A stretch of 47,961 nucleotides of DNA. Origin: Cercozoa sp. M6MM (taxonomy: Eukaryota > Protista > Endomyxa: Ascetosporea). Position numbers and translations under genes: made by a program. This document shows positions 36,783 through 47,961 of the stretch, piece by piece (within the stretch, counting starts at the first letter, position 1; each line of letters begins with the position of its first letter). The notes beneath the pieces are model-generated. The model made no database searches. It was given only the letters and a program-made list of their open reading frames with translations, and had not been told where the DNA came from. The DNA lies in the NCBI GenBank assembly GCA_040357565.1, contig JBDODJ010000081.1; one strand, written 5' to 3'.

Positions 36783-37838
36783 CACTGGCGCGCACTTTGT
36801 TGCCCTTCCTCGTCTCTGATAGCAAGTCGCTCGTCTCGCAACAACTTCTTGTACTGCGTCTTTGTTTTCCTCCGCTTGCGCTGTGTCATGCCTTTTGTGT
36901 GCGCGATTCAGATGCTCGAGGTCAATCTAAACAAGCTGCTAGCCCGTGAAAAGGCTGCTGCTCAATTGAACGACGGAAAGGCTCGGCCGACGACTCATGG
37001 CAATGTCGACGATTTGCTGGAGTATTAAGGCAGCGCCGCGTCGCCCCAATGCGTTTCGTCTCGTTAGTTAGTTGAGTTTTCTCGAAAACCAACAAAGTAT
37101 TCCCCTGCACCAGTCCGGGGTGGGTCCAAGAGCATGGCCGTCTACTGCCCGCTTAGGGTAGGACCATACAGCTCTCCTTTTGAACTTTTGACGTTCCCCA
37201 AGACACCAAAGTGGACTTCACGGTTGGAACAGGTAGCGGGCTACAAGTAGAGAGGCGTCGCAAGCGGCGTCGGGTCTTCCCGTCGTCGTCCTCCGTCTCT
37301 CCCACTCGAGAACTTAACAAAACAGACAAACTGGCACAGACTTGGGCCACCACTGCTATGAGTGGTGGCCTAGTCTATGTCGGGCCTGTCGGTCCAGTGC
37401 CTGCTGGGAGGCTGGTTGCCTTCGACAGTTGCTTCCTCGTCTCAGGAGATCTTGGTGCCTTGGTGCATTGTGTTGAGTGTTGGCCAGAAATTTTATGTCT
37501 TCAATTGTGCGCCATTGGGCCGCATTGGTGCTGTTTCTGATAGTTCCGTTACCTTGCATTCCAGCAGGCAGTGGTCGAGTGTGTCTTCTGCAATGCGTTT
37601 TGTCTACTATGAACTGAAACTTTGTTTTGTATGTGTCAGTTGCGGTCAGTACGCACTGACAAGATCTAGAGTGCACGTCTACGTTATTTCGGTTGACTTG
37701 ATTGTTTTTCATCACCCCGAAGAGCCATTGAACTAGTCACGAATCAGTAGTTGCAGACTTGCAGCGAATAGGAAATTTACAATGCTACAGTAACCGCTGC
37801 GTCACGACGGAGAACGCTGACGGATATCGAACTTATAT

Positions 37839-39157
37839 CTATATGCTACTGAGATTGCTGAGCTGGCTGAGGCCTGAGAGCTCAGGCACCGCTGGCTCCT
37901 GGTCCGATTTCGACTCGTTATCGGAGACGCCTTCGAGGGTTAGGTCAATTACCGTGCTGGGATCGTGGATGCTCGTGAAACCTTCATCTTCATCGCTCGC
38001 AGTGTCGTAGTTTGCGTTCCAAGGCACGGTCTGTTCGTCACCGTCATAAACTTACAGGACAGGAAAAACACTGTGTTCTATATTACGATCGATAATACCA
38101 CAACACGCTGACATCGTCTTTTTGGGCTTGGTTTCAGAGGTTGTGGGTCTTGAGGTCGTTCTCGCTTGACAGTCACAGTGTTTTTTTCGGTTGCTCGCAT
38201 CGCTTCCGTGGAAGCTTGGTCGCGTAGATTCCGCTTTTCGTTCTCTCGTTCGCTTTCTTGCTGTTTAAAAAGCTGTTGCCTTTTGGTGTTATTGATCTGG
38301 TTTGCTTGGAGTGGCGCAAAGTGTACGTCAGCTCGCCGACCTTCTGCCCAGCTTCTTGTCAGTATTTCTGTGTCACTGTCCTCGTCAAAAAGACTGTCCA
38401 TGCTCTCGCTTGGACCCACCGTCGTGCATGTAGCCGCTGTTTGGTGTGCTACCTCTACCTCAAGTGGATCCTGCAGCTCATGATCAGCGGCATGATCAAC
38501 CACCTCGCTGCCATTGGGGGCGAACGACTCTTTCACTTCGACCCGACTTTCAACTGATTCTTTTAAGTCCCCATTGTTGACCCGAGCCTACAGTTTTGTG
38601 TAAGTTTACAACGGGCCAAAATGTGAGCTTCAGTTGTAAAATGAATAAATAACTCAGAACCCTAATGCCACTGAAAGACTGTAACTACCGTCGCTGTATC
38701 AGGATTCGGCAACTCTACCGAGGTGGTATCGTTTGCGAAGGATTGCAGTCCGAGTTGTTTTTTGAGTTCTTCAATTTCGTGCTCCGCGGCTTGCAGTTTT
38801 TTATCCTTGGTAGACAGTGCGCACCTGCTGAGCACACCACCCAGTAGACGAATTAAATAAAGAAAACTGTGTTGCGAAGGAACTCAAGGAAGTTACGATA
38901 GTTGAAAGATCTTGCGAAGCTTGCGATCAAGGACTGACTGAAAAAGTAATGTTTCCTGTGGCTAAAACAGAGGTTTCAGATTGTACCTCTAGCGTAAGAG
39001 CGTATCGCTCATCGATCGATCTTCTAGCCCTGTCAGCTGCAGCGTTTTCCTTCTTTTTGACGCGCACAGCTGCTTCAACAGAACCGGCGTTTGAACACTC
39101 TTTCGCACTGTTTCTGCCGGAGGCCAAAGATAGCCAGCCCCAGACGCGTTGAAACAT
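37839..39157 (-). CDS. Hypothetical low-complexity/coiled-coil protein; 3' extent uncertain, may continue towards 36.8 kb
   Basis: Exon-like ORFs MFQRVWGWLS..., KKLQAAEHEIEELKKQL, ...KPSPKRR and ...VIDLTLEGVSD, separated by short GT-AG-bounded spacers. Confidence 0.45.
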
Positions 39158-39543
39158 GTTTTATCGCTAGTGCAATAGCACCACCTGCGGTTGCAAACCG
39201 CTCAGGATTATAAATTTTAGCAAAGTTTTGCCGTATGTCCGCGCTGAAACCCGACCCAGGCAGGTCATCTTCATACTGACCTAGGCAGCTATGGTACAAC
39301 TCTAAATTGCTTCAACAGCAAGGATTTGACGATGTCACAGAGCAATTGAGTCATTGACATGACAGAATTGCGACATTTGAGGACAGAATCCCTTCCAGTC
39401 AATTGATATCCGCTCAGTCAAAGGTGGTCACCGAGAGCCAACATGCCTCTCTCGCACTACCAGCCGCCAGTTCGAAATTCAGAAAGTGCGATTCCGTGTT
39501 TTTACTGCCCTCAAGACAGTGTGTGTATTGTTTCAAAGGTGCT

Positions 39544-41371
39544 ATGTTGCTTCAAATCAAAAAGAACAATGGACTTGAGGCCAGCTGGTGGTTGTGGTTG
39601 GCATGTGGCTGAGGTTTGAGAGTGAGTGCGAGTCTCTCTGCGTCCCACGTTGCCCTGCATTACACTTTGATGCCGATGCGGTATGGCCTGTCGTACTCAA
39701 AAGTAAGGCTGTGTCCGCAGGTCCAGGACGATGCAGTGCTGCTCGCAAGTCAGCGACGAGGTCGCACTCTGCGCCTACGTCGACGACTCGACTGGCGAAT
39801 TGTGTAAGTTTATCGACAGAGTGTATAATCACTCTGACCCTGTTCTGCTTGATTTACTTGCTGTCGATGGTGCAGCGAACGAGATGCGCGTGGAGGCGCG
39901 AGTGAGCGAAGACATCCAGGGCTACTTCTCGTTTGGCTTTGGACAAGGCATGGTCAATGCTGACGCAGTGATCTCCAATGTGCACTTTGACGGCACCGTA
40001 CCGTACCGTTTGCCCTCTTTTCTTCTTCAAACTCCTTGATATTACCATAGCAAGACTGTAATATTCCTACAGTGAAAGCACTGAGATTGAGATCACGGGC
40101 AAGTCCGGCGCAGCGATCACGCCTCGAGAGCCATCGCACGCTCTATTTGAGCGCACCGACTACTCGTACTGCTTTCTTTTTTCTTTGGTTGCATAAATGC
40201 ATGGGGAAGCCGTTGTCTGTATGTGAGCAGTGTCGAGGAAGGTGAGGTGCGCATGCAGTACACGCGTCCGCTGAGGGTGCCGGATGACCATCCTGCCTTT
40301 GGCGACGACACGCGTTACTCGGTGGAAGTCATGCCTGCCGAGACGCCGCTGGCTACGCTGCCTGTCGTGATGGCGCAGCACCCAACCAGTCGCTTCGGCA
40401 GCGGCAGTTTCACGCGACACACGCGCCGCTTCGTGCTCGAGCTGCCGCTGCACCGAGCCTCGGCGTGCGATTTGGGCACTACGCCGATTTCACCTCCTGC
40501 TGTACCCTCTCTATCCTCTCCTCTTCGCGTGAAGTGCGGTAGAAATGTCGTTATTGTACAGAGTACGAGCTGGCCTGGTCTGCTGACTGCACATGTGACG
40601 CTCATGCTGCTGGCCTGGCTGCGTACACTCACTCACCGAGTCTGCCAGTGTTTCGACTGTATTGTATGTGTGTATGTGTGTGCGCGCAGTGTTCGCTCCA
40701 CTGGCAGTTTGGTGCGGTGCACGCAAGCGCCTGGCCTCGCAAGAGAAGGCAGTACAGCGCTACTTTGAGCTGCATCGTGTGTTCGCCACACTGACTGCGA
40801 TTGCCACCTTGGGTACTGTGTATATATATATATATATATATCTATATACTGCATGTTTAAATATTTGTGTGTGCACAGCTGGCTTCGCGTGCATCGTGTC
40901 GCATGTGCAAGGTGCACACTTCTCGCACGGACACGGCATCGCCGGACTGATCGTGGTGCTGCTCACGGTGTGCCAGGTGCTGCTGGGCGCGCTGCGGCCG
41001 TCGCCGCAGAGCGAGTCGCGTACCAAGTGGCGACTGGCGCACTTGTGCACCGGCACCACTGTGCTCACCGTGGCCTACGGTGCTGTTGTGTTCGGCGTGC
41101 TCTACCTCATTTCGTACCTTCGTTTCTACTACCACTATGGTCCTCTGAGCACCGGCACTTATAACTTAAACTGTTTGGTAGTATCTACGGCCAAAGCGAC
41201 ACCACCACGAGCTTCTTTGTTCTGACCGGCGCCTCCCTGTTGCTGCTGCTGCTGGGTACGACGATCGACCACATGCGCAACGGCAAGAAGCAAGACAACG
41301 CTGACGACAGCGCCGAGAGTCGCCTGCTGGCCGATGATACGAGAGACCACATCTTCATCAACAGCGCATGA
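39544..41371 (+). CDS. DOMON + cytochrome b561 domain protein (CYBDOM/ferric-chelate reductase-like); start uncertain
   Basis: DOMON-like GYFSFGFGQGMVNADAVI and MQYTRPL; b561 His ligands in AHVTLMLLAW, YFELHRVF, HGHGIAGLIV and WRLAHLCTG; LGALRP motif. Confidence 0.85.
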
Positions 41372-42110
41372 TCACGGCACTTCGATTCCGTTCACGTCGA
41401 CGTCACCAGAGTTGAAGCCGTGTCGAACCAAGTCCCGAGACTCCAGTGGGCATGCCCAACGGCTCGAATATAGTTTTAGTAACAGAAAGCACAATAGTAT
41501 TTAACTACGTGCGGTCAACGCACGGCAAACGAAGACCTCAGTGCACTATATGTCTGGGAGTTTCGTTACTGCCAACATCAAACAACCTACTCGGCTGACT
41601 ACTTGCTCCGCGTGGAAGCAACTATCAGTCATGCCAAATAAGAATTGGAGTGTTTTGTTAAGGTTGAGAACTGGTAACCTAACAATTGAGTGCTGCCTAG
41701 CTTGGCATACCTGTGGTATTGGAAAGAGGCCTAGCTTGGCATACCCAATACCAGGTACCTCAAAGGATACCGTGCTTGTTGAAACCAAAGCAACTGACTT
41801 GCTCTATCTTGAGCAAGCAAGAGGGTTTTCAACTGTAACTACGGCCCTACCTTGGGGTAACCTTCTCTCTTCTGATATCTTTCGGTTAATTGAGACGTCG
41901 AACGAACACTAAATTAAACGACCTTACATTCTTAATTTTCTTTAGTCGTCGTCTTCACTAGAACTGACAATCTCACAATCGACAGTTTGACAATTGAAAA
42001 CCCCGTAAGCAATGAGGTCCCGTTTCATCGAGCAAGCAGAGCGTGGGAACTGAGCTTTCAAAAATATCCCACGAAGCTTAAGATCGGAAACAGGAGTCGC
42101 AGAATTCTCA

Positions 42111-42682
42111 CTAGACAAAGAGGTGAACCGCGGCCATTATTAGTGAGTAGCAGCTCTCAAATGCGACATGAATGAGTGCCACTCGCATTCGAGCGTCGCG
42201 GTTGCTGATCTCCCAAAACGCATTCGTAAGTTTCAACGACGCATTGGCGATAGAGAAGGCAACGGCGTATTGCACCGGTGAATTTCCTGCCTGCACGCAT
42301 AGCACTTCAAAGATCAGCGCCAGCACGAACAACGAAGCTGCTTGAGCCGTCATACAGCCTGCGTTCCATATTGTGTTCAGTTTGTCGTAAGTTATATAAA
42401 TTAAATTTAGACTAAGTTTAGTTATACTGTACCTTTGTGGTAGACCGACATGGCTTTACTTCCTCGAGTTGCCGTTTTCGTGCACTGCTCATACATAGAC
42501 AGTAAGTACTTTGTTTTTCGCCAGCACAACCGTCGGTTCGGGCTGTTGTTGAGTTCAATTGTCAGTTGTCCAGTCACCTTTATCCAAGTCGGCCCGAAGA
42601 GGGCATGGCAATACCAGAAGTGGCCCAGTATGAATCCACACACGGCAGACACGGCTGCATGTGTGAGGACGTGCGTGTCCAT
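42111..42682 (-). CDS. DUF1761-like small membrane protein
   Basis: AVSAVCGFILGHFWYCHALFGPTWIK matches the LGxxWYxxxLFGxxW signature; further TM helices end ...ALIHVAFESCYSLIMAAVHLFV*. Confidence 0.7.
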
Positions 42683-43004
42683 GAGTGCTTGTACTGCACA
42701 CAGGCGTTTAGTTGAAAACCAAAAGCCAGAAACCGACACTCAATACTGACTTACCAGTCGACATCTCGAGCGCTTTGCCTTCAGTGCAGTTGACTGAAGC
42801 TTCTTTCAAGATCGTTGTCCGAGTATGTAGTTTACTTCTACGCTACCAACAACGGGTTTTGGGCGATTCCAATCTGTCAAAACTGGGCAAAACTCACCTC
42901 ATTCAAGCACGTGTCGCATTTCAAGGCAGTACCGATATTAATTTACATGGCGGATCGGGAGGCAGTTGCAGTACAAGACACTGTAGTTTCACACGGTAGA
43001 GGTG

Positions 43005-43753
43005 ATGCACCAGAGACTACAAGAGTTACGACAAAAACGCGACTCGACAGGTGCCGACGCCGCTGTGGATGTTTCGGACGAAGAGACAGGGACGAGCGAC
43101 AACCTGGACGCCGACGCGTGGTACGATCGGCGATTTCGCCGCTGCAGTCGCCGTTCATCGAATCCAGTTGACCAGCGAAAACTCAAAGCGCTTTTAAAGC
43201 CTGTAAAAATACTCGACACAAAATATCTTCCCTATCGTTTCTCAGCTTTCGTAATGTCTGTGTCGTACAGGCACGTACACTGCAACAAACGCATACTCAA
43301 GCCGTATCAAAGCGAGCTGAGCAAATGCAACTCCTGTGCTACCGACTGGCCGAAGGAGACATCTCTGATGTCGAGGCACACCTGAGTGCACAGGTGCAGC
43401 GAAAGCAGGTCATGGCGGTCACGAGGCAAGCCGTGATTGACATCAAGGCAATGACGCAACAGACGCGCGAAGTGAGCGAAACGATCGACAGTGAGAATGC
43501 CGACGACAACGCAGTGCTGCTGACCATGACACACAACGCCTTGAACAGCGCGATTCGCGAGTTCTCCCTTGCACGGGGCGACTTTCAAACTGCCGTATTG
43601 CCTCGCAATGTACCCGTCCCGTGATGAATTGTACCTTCCATTTGTGTGCAGTCAACACGCTTCGAGCAAGTGCTAAAGGAGAAAATGGAACGCAAGATTC
43701 ACGCTGTTTTTGGGTACATAGAAAGTAATATACAGTCATACTGCATATATATC

Positions 43754-43792
<39 letters not shown>

Positions 43793-44481
43793 ACGGACAT
43801 ACACCGCGTTACTTTCTTCGTGCAGCGACCGAGACAGCGCCGAGAGTGACAACGAAGCAGCACAGCAAATGTTCGACGACCTCGACACTTTGATGCGCAC
43901 GCGCGATGCACCACAGCGGCTGCAGCGATTGCTCCAGGTAACGCGACACACGTTTGAACTGCTGGCAGATAGTCCGAGTCAAATGTATTTCTTGTCCCAC
44001 TGGGCAGATCTCACCGCAGACAGCTGCTGCTGCCATTGCTGCAGAACGACGCCATCTGGTATTGTACTGATTTATCTAACAGACATTACGTACTACAAAT
44101 ATATACTGCAGGCGGCCAGCGATATCGAAGACAACATGGAGCAGCTGGCCTCGATGTTCCAGGAGCTGCTGCGACTCGTGCTGGAGCAAGGAGAGTTTCT
44201 CGACAACGTCACCGACAACGTGCAACGCACGCACAAGCGACTGCACAAAGGCGAAACCAACGTCGTTCAGGCCGCCACTTCGCTGCGGCGGGCACGTCGC
44301 TGTCGCCTCTTTTGTTTCTGCTCCGTTTTGGTACGCAGTATATTTACACGGTCTGCTTTGTTCAAATGATGGATGCCAAGATTTCTTCACACAGATCGTG
44401 GCTCTGGCGCTACTGGCGGTGTACTTTCTCATGCGGCAGCAGTCTTCTTCATCAACGACATCTAGTGGCGGCTCAAGCTAG
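43005..44481 (+). CDS. Syntaxin (Qa-SNARE, plasma-membrane-like)
   Basis: MHQRLQELRQ N-peptide; SNARE motif IEDNMEQLASMFQELLRLVLEQGEFLDNVTDNV; basic RRARR followed by a C-terminal TM. Confidence 0.88.
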
Positions 44482-44956
44482 CTCGGTGCGCAGAGCCTCA
44501 GATTCCTTGACTTAGTTAACCGCGGTATGCCGATGTTCCCCTCGCTCAGTACCCGGAGAAGGAAACAAAAGGCCGCCAGGCAGGTGGCTGGCTGAGGCTG
44601 GGCCGACGCCTCGAACCGTAACACGTCCGTCACGTCAGTGCTATGGTTATTTTGTTTCCGCAGCCCATTAGTAATTCAGGCTTTGGCGGTGCAAAAAGAG
44701 GGAGTACCCACCCAAAACACAACCAAGCCAGTTATTTTTCATTTCGAAGTGCACGAACATTTCAAGGGCGGCGGGGGGGGGGGGGGCCCTAGCGCTGAAG
44801 AGACGGACGGTAGATGGACACGATAATAATACGAAACTAAAGCGATCGCGAATTCGAAGGCGAGGGCGAGACGGGACGACGCTCCCCGTCCCGTCTGCGC
44901 CCCCCCCGAACGAGACAGACATGAATCGGTCGCGAAGTGGCCTGGCAGACGAGAAG

Positions 44957-46931
44957 TTACAGGCCCTTGTTGTAGTGCAGCGTGTCGTACGCGTGGAACT
45001 TGTCCTACCCACAAAAGGATAGGTGTGGAATGGCGATGAAAGAGGCAAGCAGGAGGCACCTCGAGTGCAGCACCCGAAACAGTCGGGAACTGTGGGAAGA
45101 GTCCCACCGAGAAGGGCAGCGCCGGCAGCAGCGTACAGGTGATGACGGCCAGATTGAGCGGCAGCTTGAGTCGCGGGTTCTGGCGGACCACAGGCATTCG
45201 CTCCATCAGCGACATGATCATTCCCGGCACGGCAATGATCGGAATCGGACTGGGTATCATGGGGGTAAGAAGGGGTAAAAGAAGAGGTCAAAGAAGGGGT
45301 CAAAGAAGGGGGGCAAAAGAAAGGGTAAGGGTCAAGGGAAAGAGAGGGACAAGGCTACAGCACAACGCGCGTCAGCATGGTTTGCAGCAGCGCTCGTCGG
45401 CCGGCCTCGACACTGGTGCCGACGCGGTGGCCGTCGTCGTCGAACACGTCGATGCCGTCGAACCACTCGTTGCTCCGCATGCACATTACGTTCACCGTTC
45501 CTGCCGCAGCAACTGCACACACAAACACATGCATACACACACATGCATACACATACATGCATACATACACACCCATACACATACAGGATGGTACCTGCCA
45601 TATAGGGCACGCCGAATCGCGCGACCGATTTGACCAGCGGCGACAACGTGGCACGTTCCGCTACAGAGCCATATGTAAATCTATGTATCTATATATATAT
45701 ATATATATTGGTATATATGTAATACTTATATATTAAAGTTGTATACGGGGAGTAAAGGCAGGTACCAAGCCGGGAAAGTCCGTGTGCCAGGAAACAGCTC
45801 ACAGTCACCGCCAGGGCTGTTGCACACGCGAGTCTCGAGATAGACAGCCCAAGCAAAACCGACAAAAGGTTGTGCGGATAGGTACGATACCATAGGCGGT
45901 GGCCACCTGGGCAGTGGATTGCGGGTTCGTCTTGTTGCCGTTGTAGTAGTTCACCGCTGCAAAGTGACACACATAGTACTCTCTCTATTTATACATAAAT
46001 ATAATATGTATATATAAATAGATAATAAATAGATATACAGATAGGTAGGGAGGTGGATAGACAGACAGATATATATATATATATATATAAGGGAGGACAC
46101 ACCGACGTTGTAGGACTGGTTGAACCACTGCCAGAACAGCGCGGCCGAAGGCGACGTCGCCGTCAGCATGCCCAGGCAGACCGGCACTGCACCCAAGAAA
46201 GGGGTAAGGGGTAACCCAAGTAGGCACCAAAAACTAAGGGAGGAGAAAAGGTAGAGAAAAGAGGGGGGGGGGGTACTACCATTAACAGGAACGAAACTGC
46301 ACATGCGGAAGGGCAGCGGGATCACCTCGCCTGTCTGCGGGTGCACCGAGGCCTCCTACACCACACGCAGAGTAACACCTGCCATTTACAACCAGTCTTG
46401 CAAAGAAAAGACACCTTCAGTCGACGAGCCTCCCACAGTTGCGCCGAGTCATCTTCCGAATTTTCGACAAACCTGCCCTCCTCGTAGTCGCGCAGTCTGT
46501 ACAATAATAACACATGCCTCCTCCTGCCAGACATCTGCATTCCTCTCAATCCTCGGCGTACAGTTGCTGTGCCGCGCTGATCTCGTCGAGTGACTTGAGC
46601 GCCAGAAGCGGATCGAAAATGCCCCTGTGTGACACGTTCAGATTTTGGTGTATTTTTTGTATTTTCCTTTTGTTTGATTTTAGATTCGCACACAAAACAC
46701 CGAGAGTCTCGTACGTGACTGCGTTACCGAAAGTGCTGGAATCGACCTACACTCAAAACACGGGTCCCAACGCACTCCACTCCACTGAGCACACACTCAC
46801 ACTCACTCTCAAATCGGCACTTTCAGATCGGCAGAGGACTGCCCTTTTTGCGAGAACACCAGACACATGTGCGCACCTGCGAGCGACTCAAGCGAGCACT
46901 GCGGCTCCTTTGGATCAAACCTTGGAGTCAT
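44957..46931 (-). CDS. SFXN: Sideroflexin (mitochondrial tricarboxylate/serine carrier family)
   Basis: GRFQHFRGIFDP, HPQTGEVIPLPFRMCSFVPVN, FWQWFNQSYNVGVNYYNGN, NVMCMRSNE, LFPQ and the terminal YNKGL*. Confidence 0.95.
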
Positions 46932-47185
46932 CTGTACACCCGCACACGGCAACGCGCACTAAAACTATGTTTGTGAGCACGGGGTCCTAGCTGATGCACC
47001 GTTAAAAAACTCGAGATTTGGGACAGCTTAAACTCTGGGCCAAAACACGATCGAGCGACAGTGTTAGTGGTCATCGTATACGCCTGCTGCGTGTAGCACA
47101 TCGTTGCACTCTGCGAGCCGCGGCATAGGTAGAGTGCATCTTTTGGGGGCGTTGGGAAAAACCAAAAATGTTGTGGTGTGTGCAG

Positions 47186-47961
47186 ATGACGCGAGGCGGC
47201 GACGCGGACGGCGATGCGGGCCGTCTGATGATCACGCAGCTCGTGCTGTGGAACTTCAAGAGCTACGCCGGTCGACGGTAGCATGCTATATGTGTGTCTG
47301 TGTATGTATTTATATATGTTTAAATATAAGTGTATGTATATATGTGTATATATATATGTGTGTATGTTGTGTATGTATGTTGCTGCAGTGTCGTTGGTCC
47401 TTTTCACAAGCGTCTGTCGGCGGTTGTGGGTAGTTTACCCCCCTGTTTACCCCCCNNNNNNNNNNNNNNNNNNNNNNNNNNNNNNNNNNNNNNNNNNNNN
47501 NNNNNNNNNNNNNNNNNNNNNNNNNNNNNNNNNNNNNNNNNNNNNNNNNNNNNNNTGTTTACCCCCCTGTTTACCCCCCTGTTTACCCCCCTGTTTACCC
47601 CCCCCATATACCCCTATACCCCCATATACCCAGGCGCCAAGAAGAAGCTGCGTGCGAAGAAACTCGACTCGCTGATCCATCGCAGCGACGCGTTTCCGAA
47701 CCTCGAGGAGGCCTCGGTGGAGGTGCACTTCTGCGACATCAAGGACGATCCGCACGACGCCGACGCCTACAGCATCGTGGGTTTACCCCCCCCCTTTACC
47801 CCCCTCCTCTTTGTTCCTCTTCTTACCCACCCGTGTTTATCTACCTTTTTACACACCTTTACCCCCCACATTACCCCCCTATTTACACCCCTGTTTACCA
47901 CCCTGATTACCCCTCCTATTTACCCTCCTGTTTATCCCCCTGTTTACCCTCCTATTTACCA
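47186..47961 (+). CDS. SMC4: Condensin subunit SMC4, 5' part (runs off the window; Walker A exon lies in the 47456-47555 gap)
   Basis: RLMITQLVLWNFKSYAGRRVVGPFHKRLSAVVG...AKKKLRAKKLDSLIHRSDAFPNLEEASVEVHF. Confidence 0.93.
47433..47961 (+). repeat. Intronic C-rich degenerate repeats (CTGTTTACCCCC / TTTACCCC type)
   Basis: Fill the SMC4 introns on both sides of the 47634-47779 exon. Confidence 0.9.

Noticed and set aside
36563-37715. Scattered minus-strand ORFs as a separate gene overlapping the 34657-36782 gene
   Set aside because: I could not build a consistent spliced model or find motifs; they may be 3' exons of the 37.8-39.2 kb hypothetical gene.
38658-38665. AACCCTAA as a telomerase RNA template or telo-box
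   Set aside because: A single 8-mer inside a probable intron, with no supporting structure.
44869-44896. Iron-responsive element in the sideroflexin UTR
   Set aside because: No CAGUGN loop and no C-bulge plus 5-bp upper stem geometry.
1-47961. tRNA, rRNA, snRNA or snoRNA genes
   Set aside because: None recognised by eye; a covariance-model scan would be needed to exclude divergent ones.

Overview
Gene-dense eukaryotic nuclear DNA from an intron-rich organism, probably a protist; the taxon cannot be fixed from this window. Hand-splicing gives about 21 protein-coding genes, mostly in head-to-head pairs. In order: a beta-propeller-like hypothetical, MLH3, ERG8-type phosphomevalonate kinase, PP5, CISD2-like CDGSH protein, DIM1/TXNL4A, LMBR1-like, a NifS-like PLP enzyme, a SNF2 helicase fragment and an acyl-protein thioesterase fragment joined across a 100-N gap, SERF, selenoprotein S, a helical hypothetical with an acidic repeat tail, a divergent CDK-like kinase, NDUFV1, two more hypotheticals, DOMON-cytochrome b561, DUF1761, syntaxin, sideroflexin and the start of SMC4. 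Most six-frame ORFs in the track are spurious or run through introns. The best-supported hidden feature is a selenoprotein S gene that the ORF track cannot show: four exons, an in-frame UGA three codons from the end, and a GUGA-type SECIS element in its 3' UTR. The splicing system also looks unusual. Donors are dominated by GTAC, with no GTAAG/GTGAG among 21 tallied. Dim1 has substitutions in its conserved basic C-terminus. Many introns carry strand-oriented UG repeats or C-rich branch-point-like repeats. A kinase has an in-frame UGA or a 24-nt micro-intron. All gene models are manual and need RNA-seq; family assignments rest on recalled motifs, not database searches.
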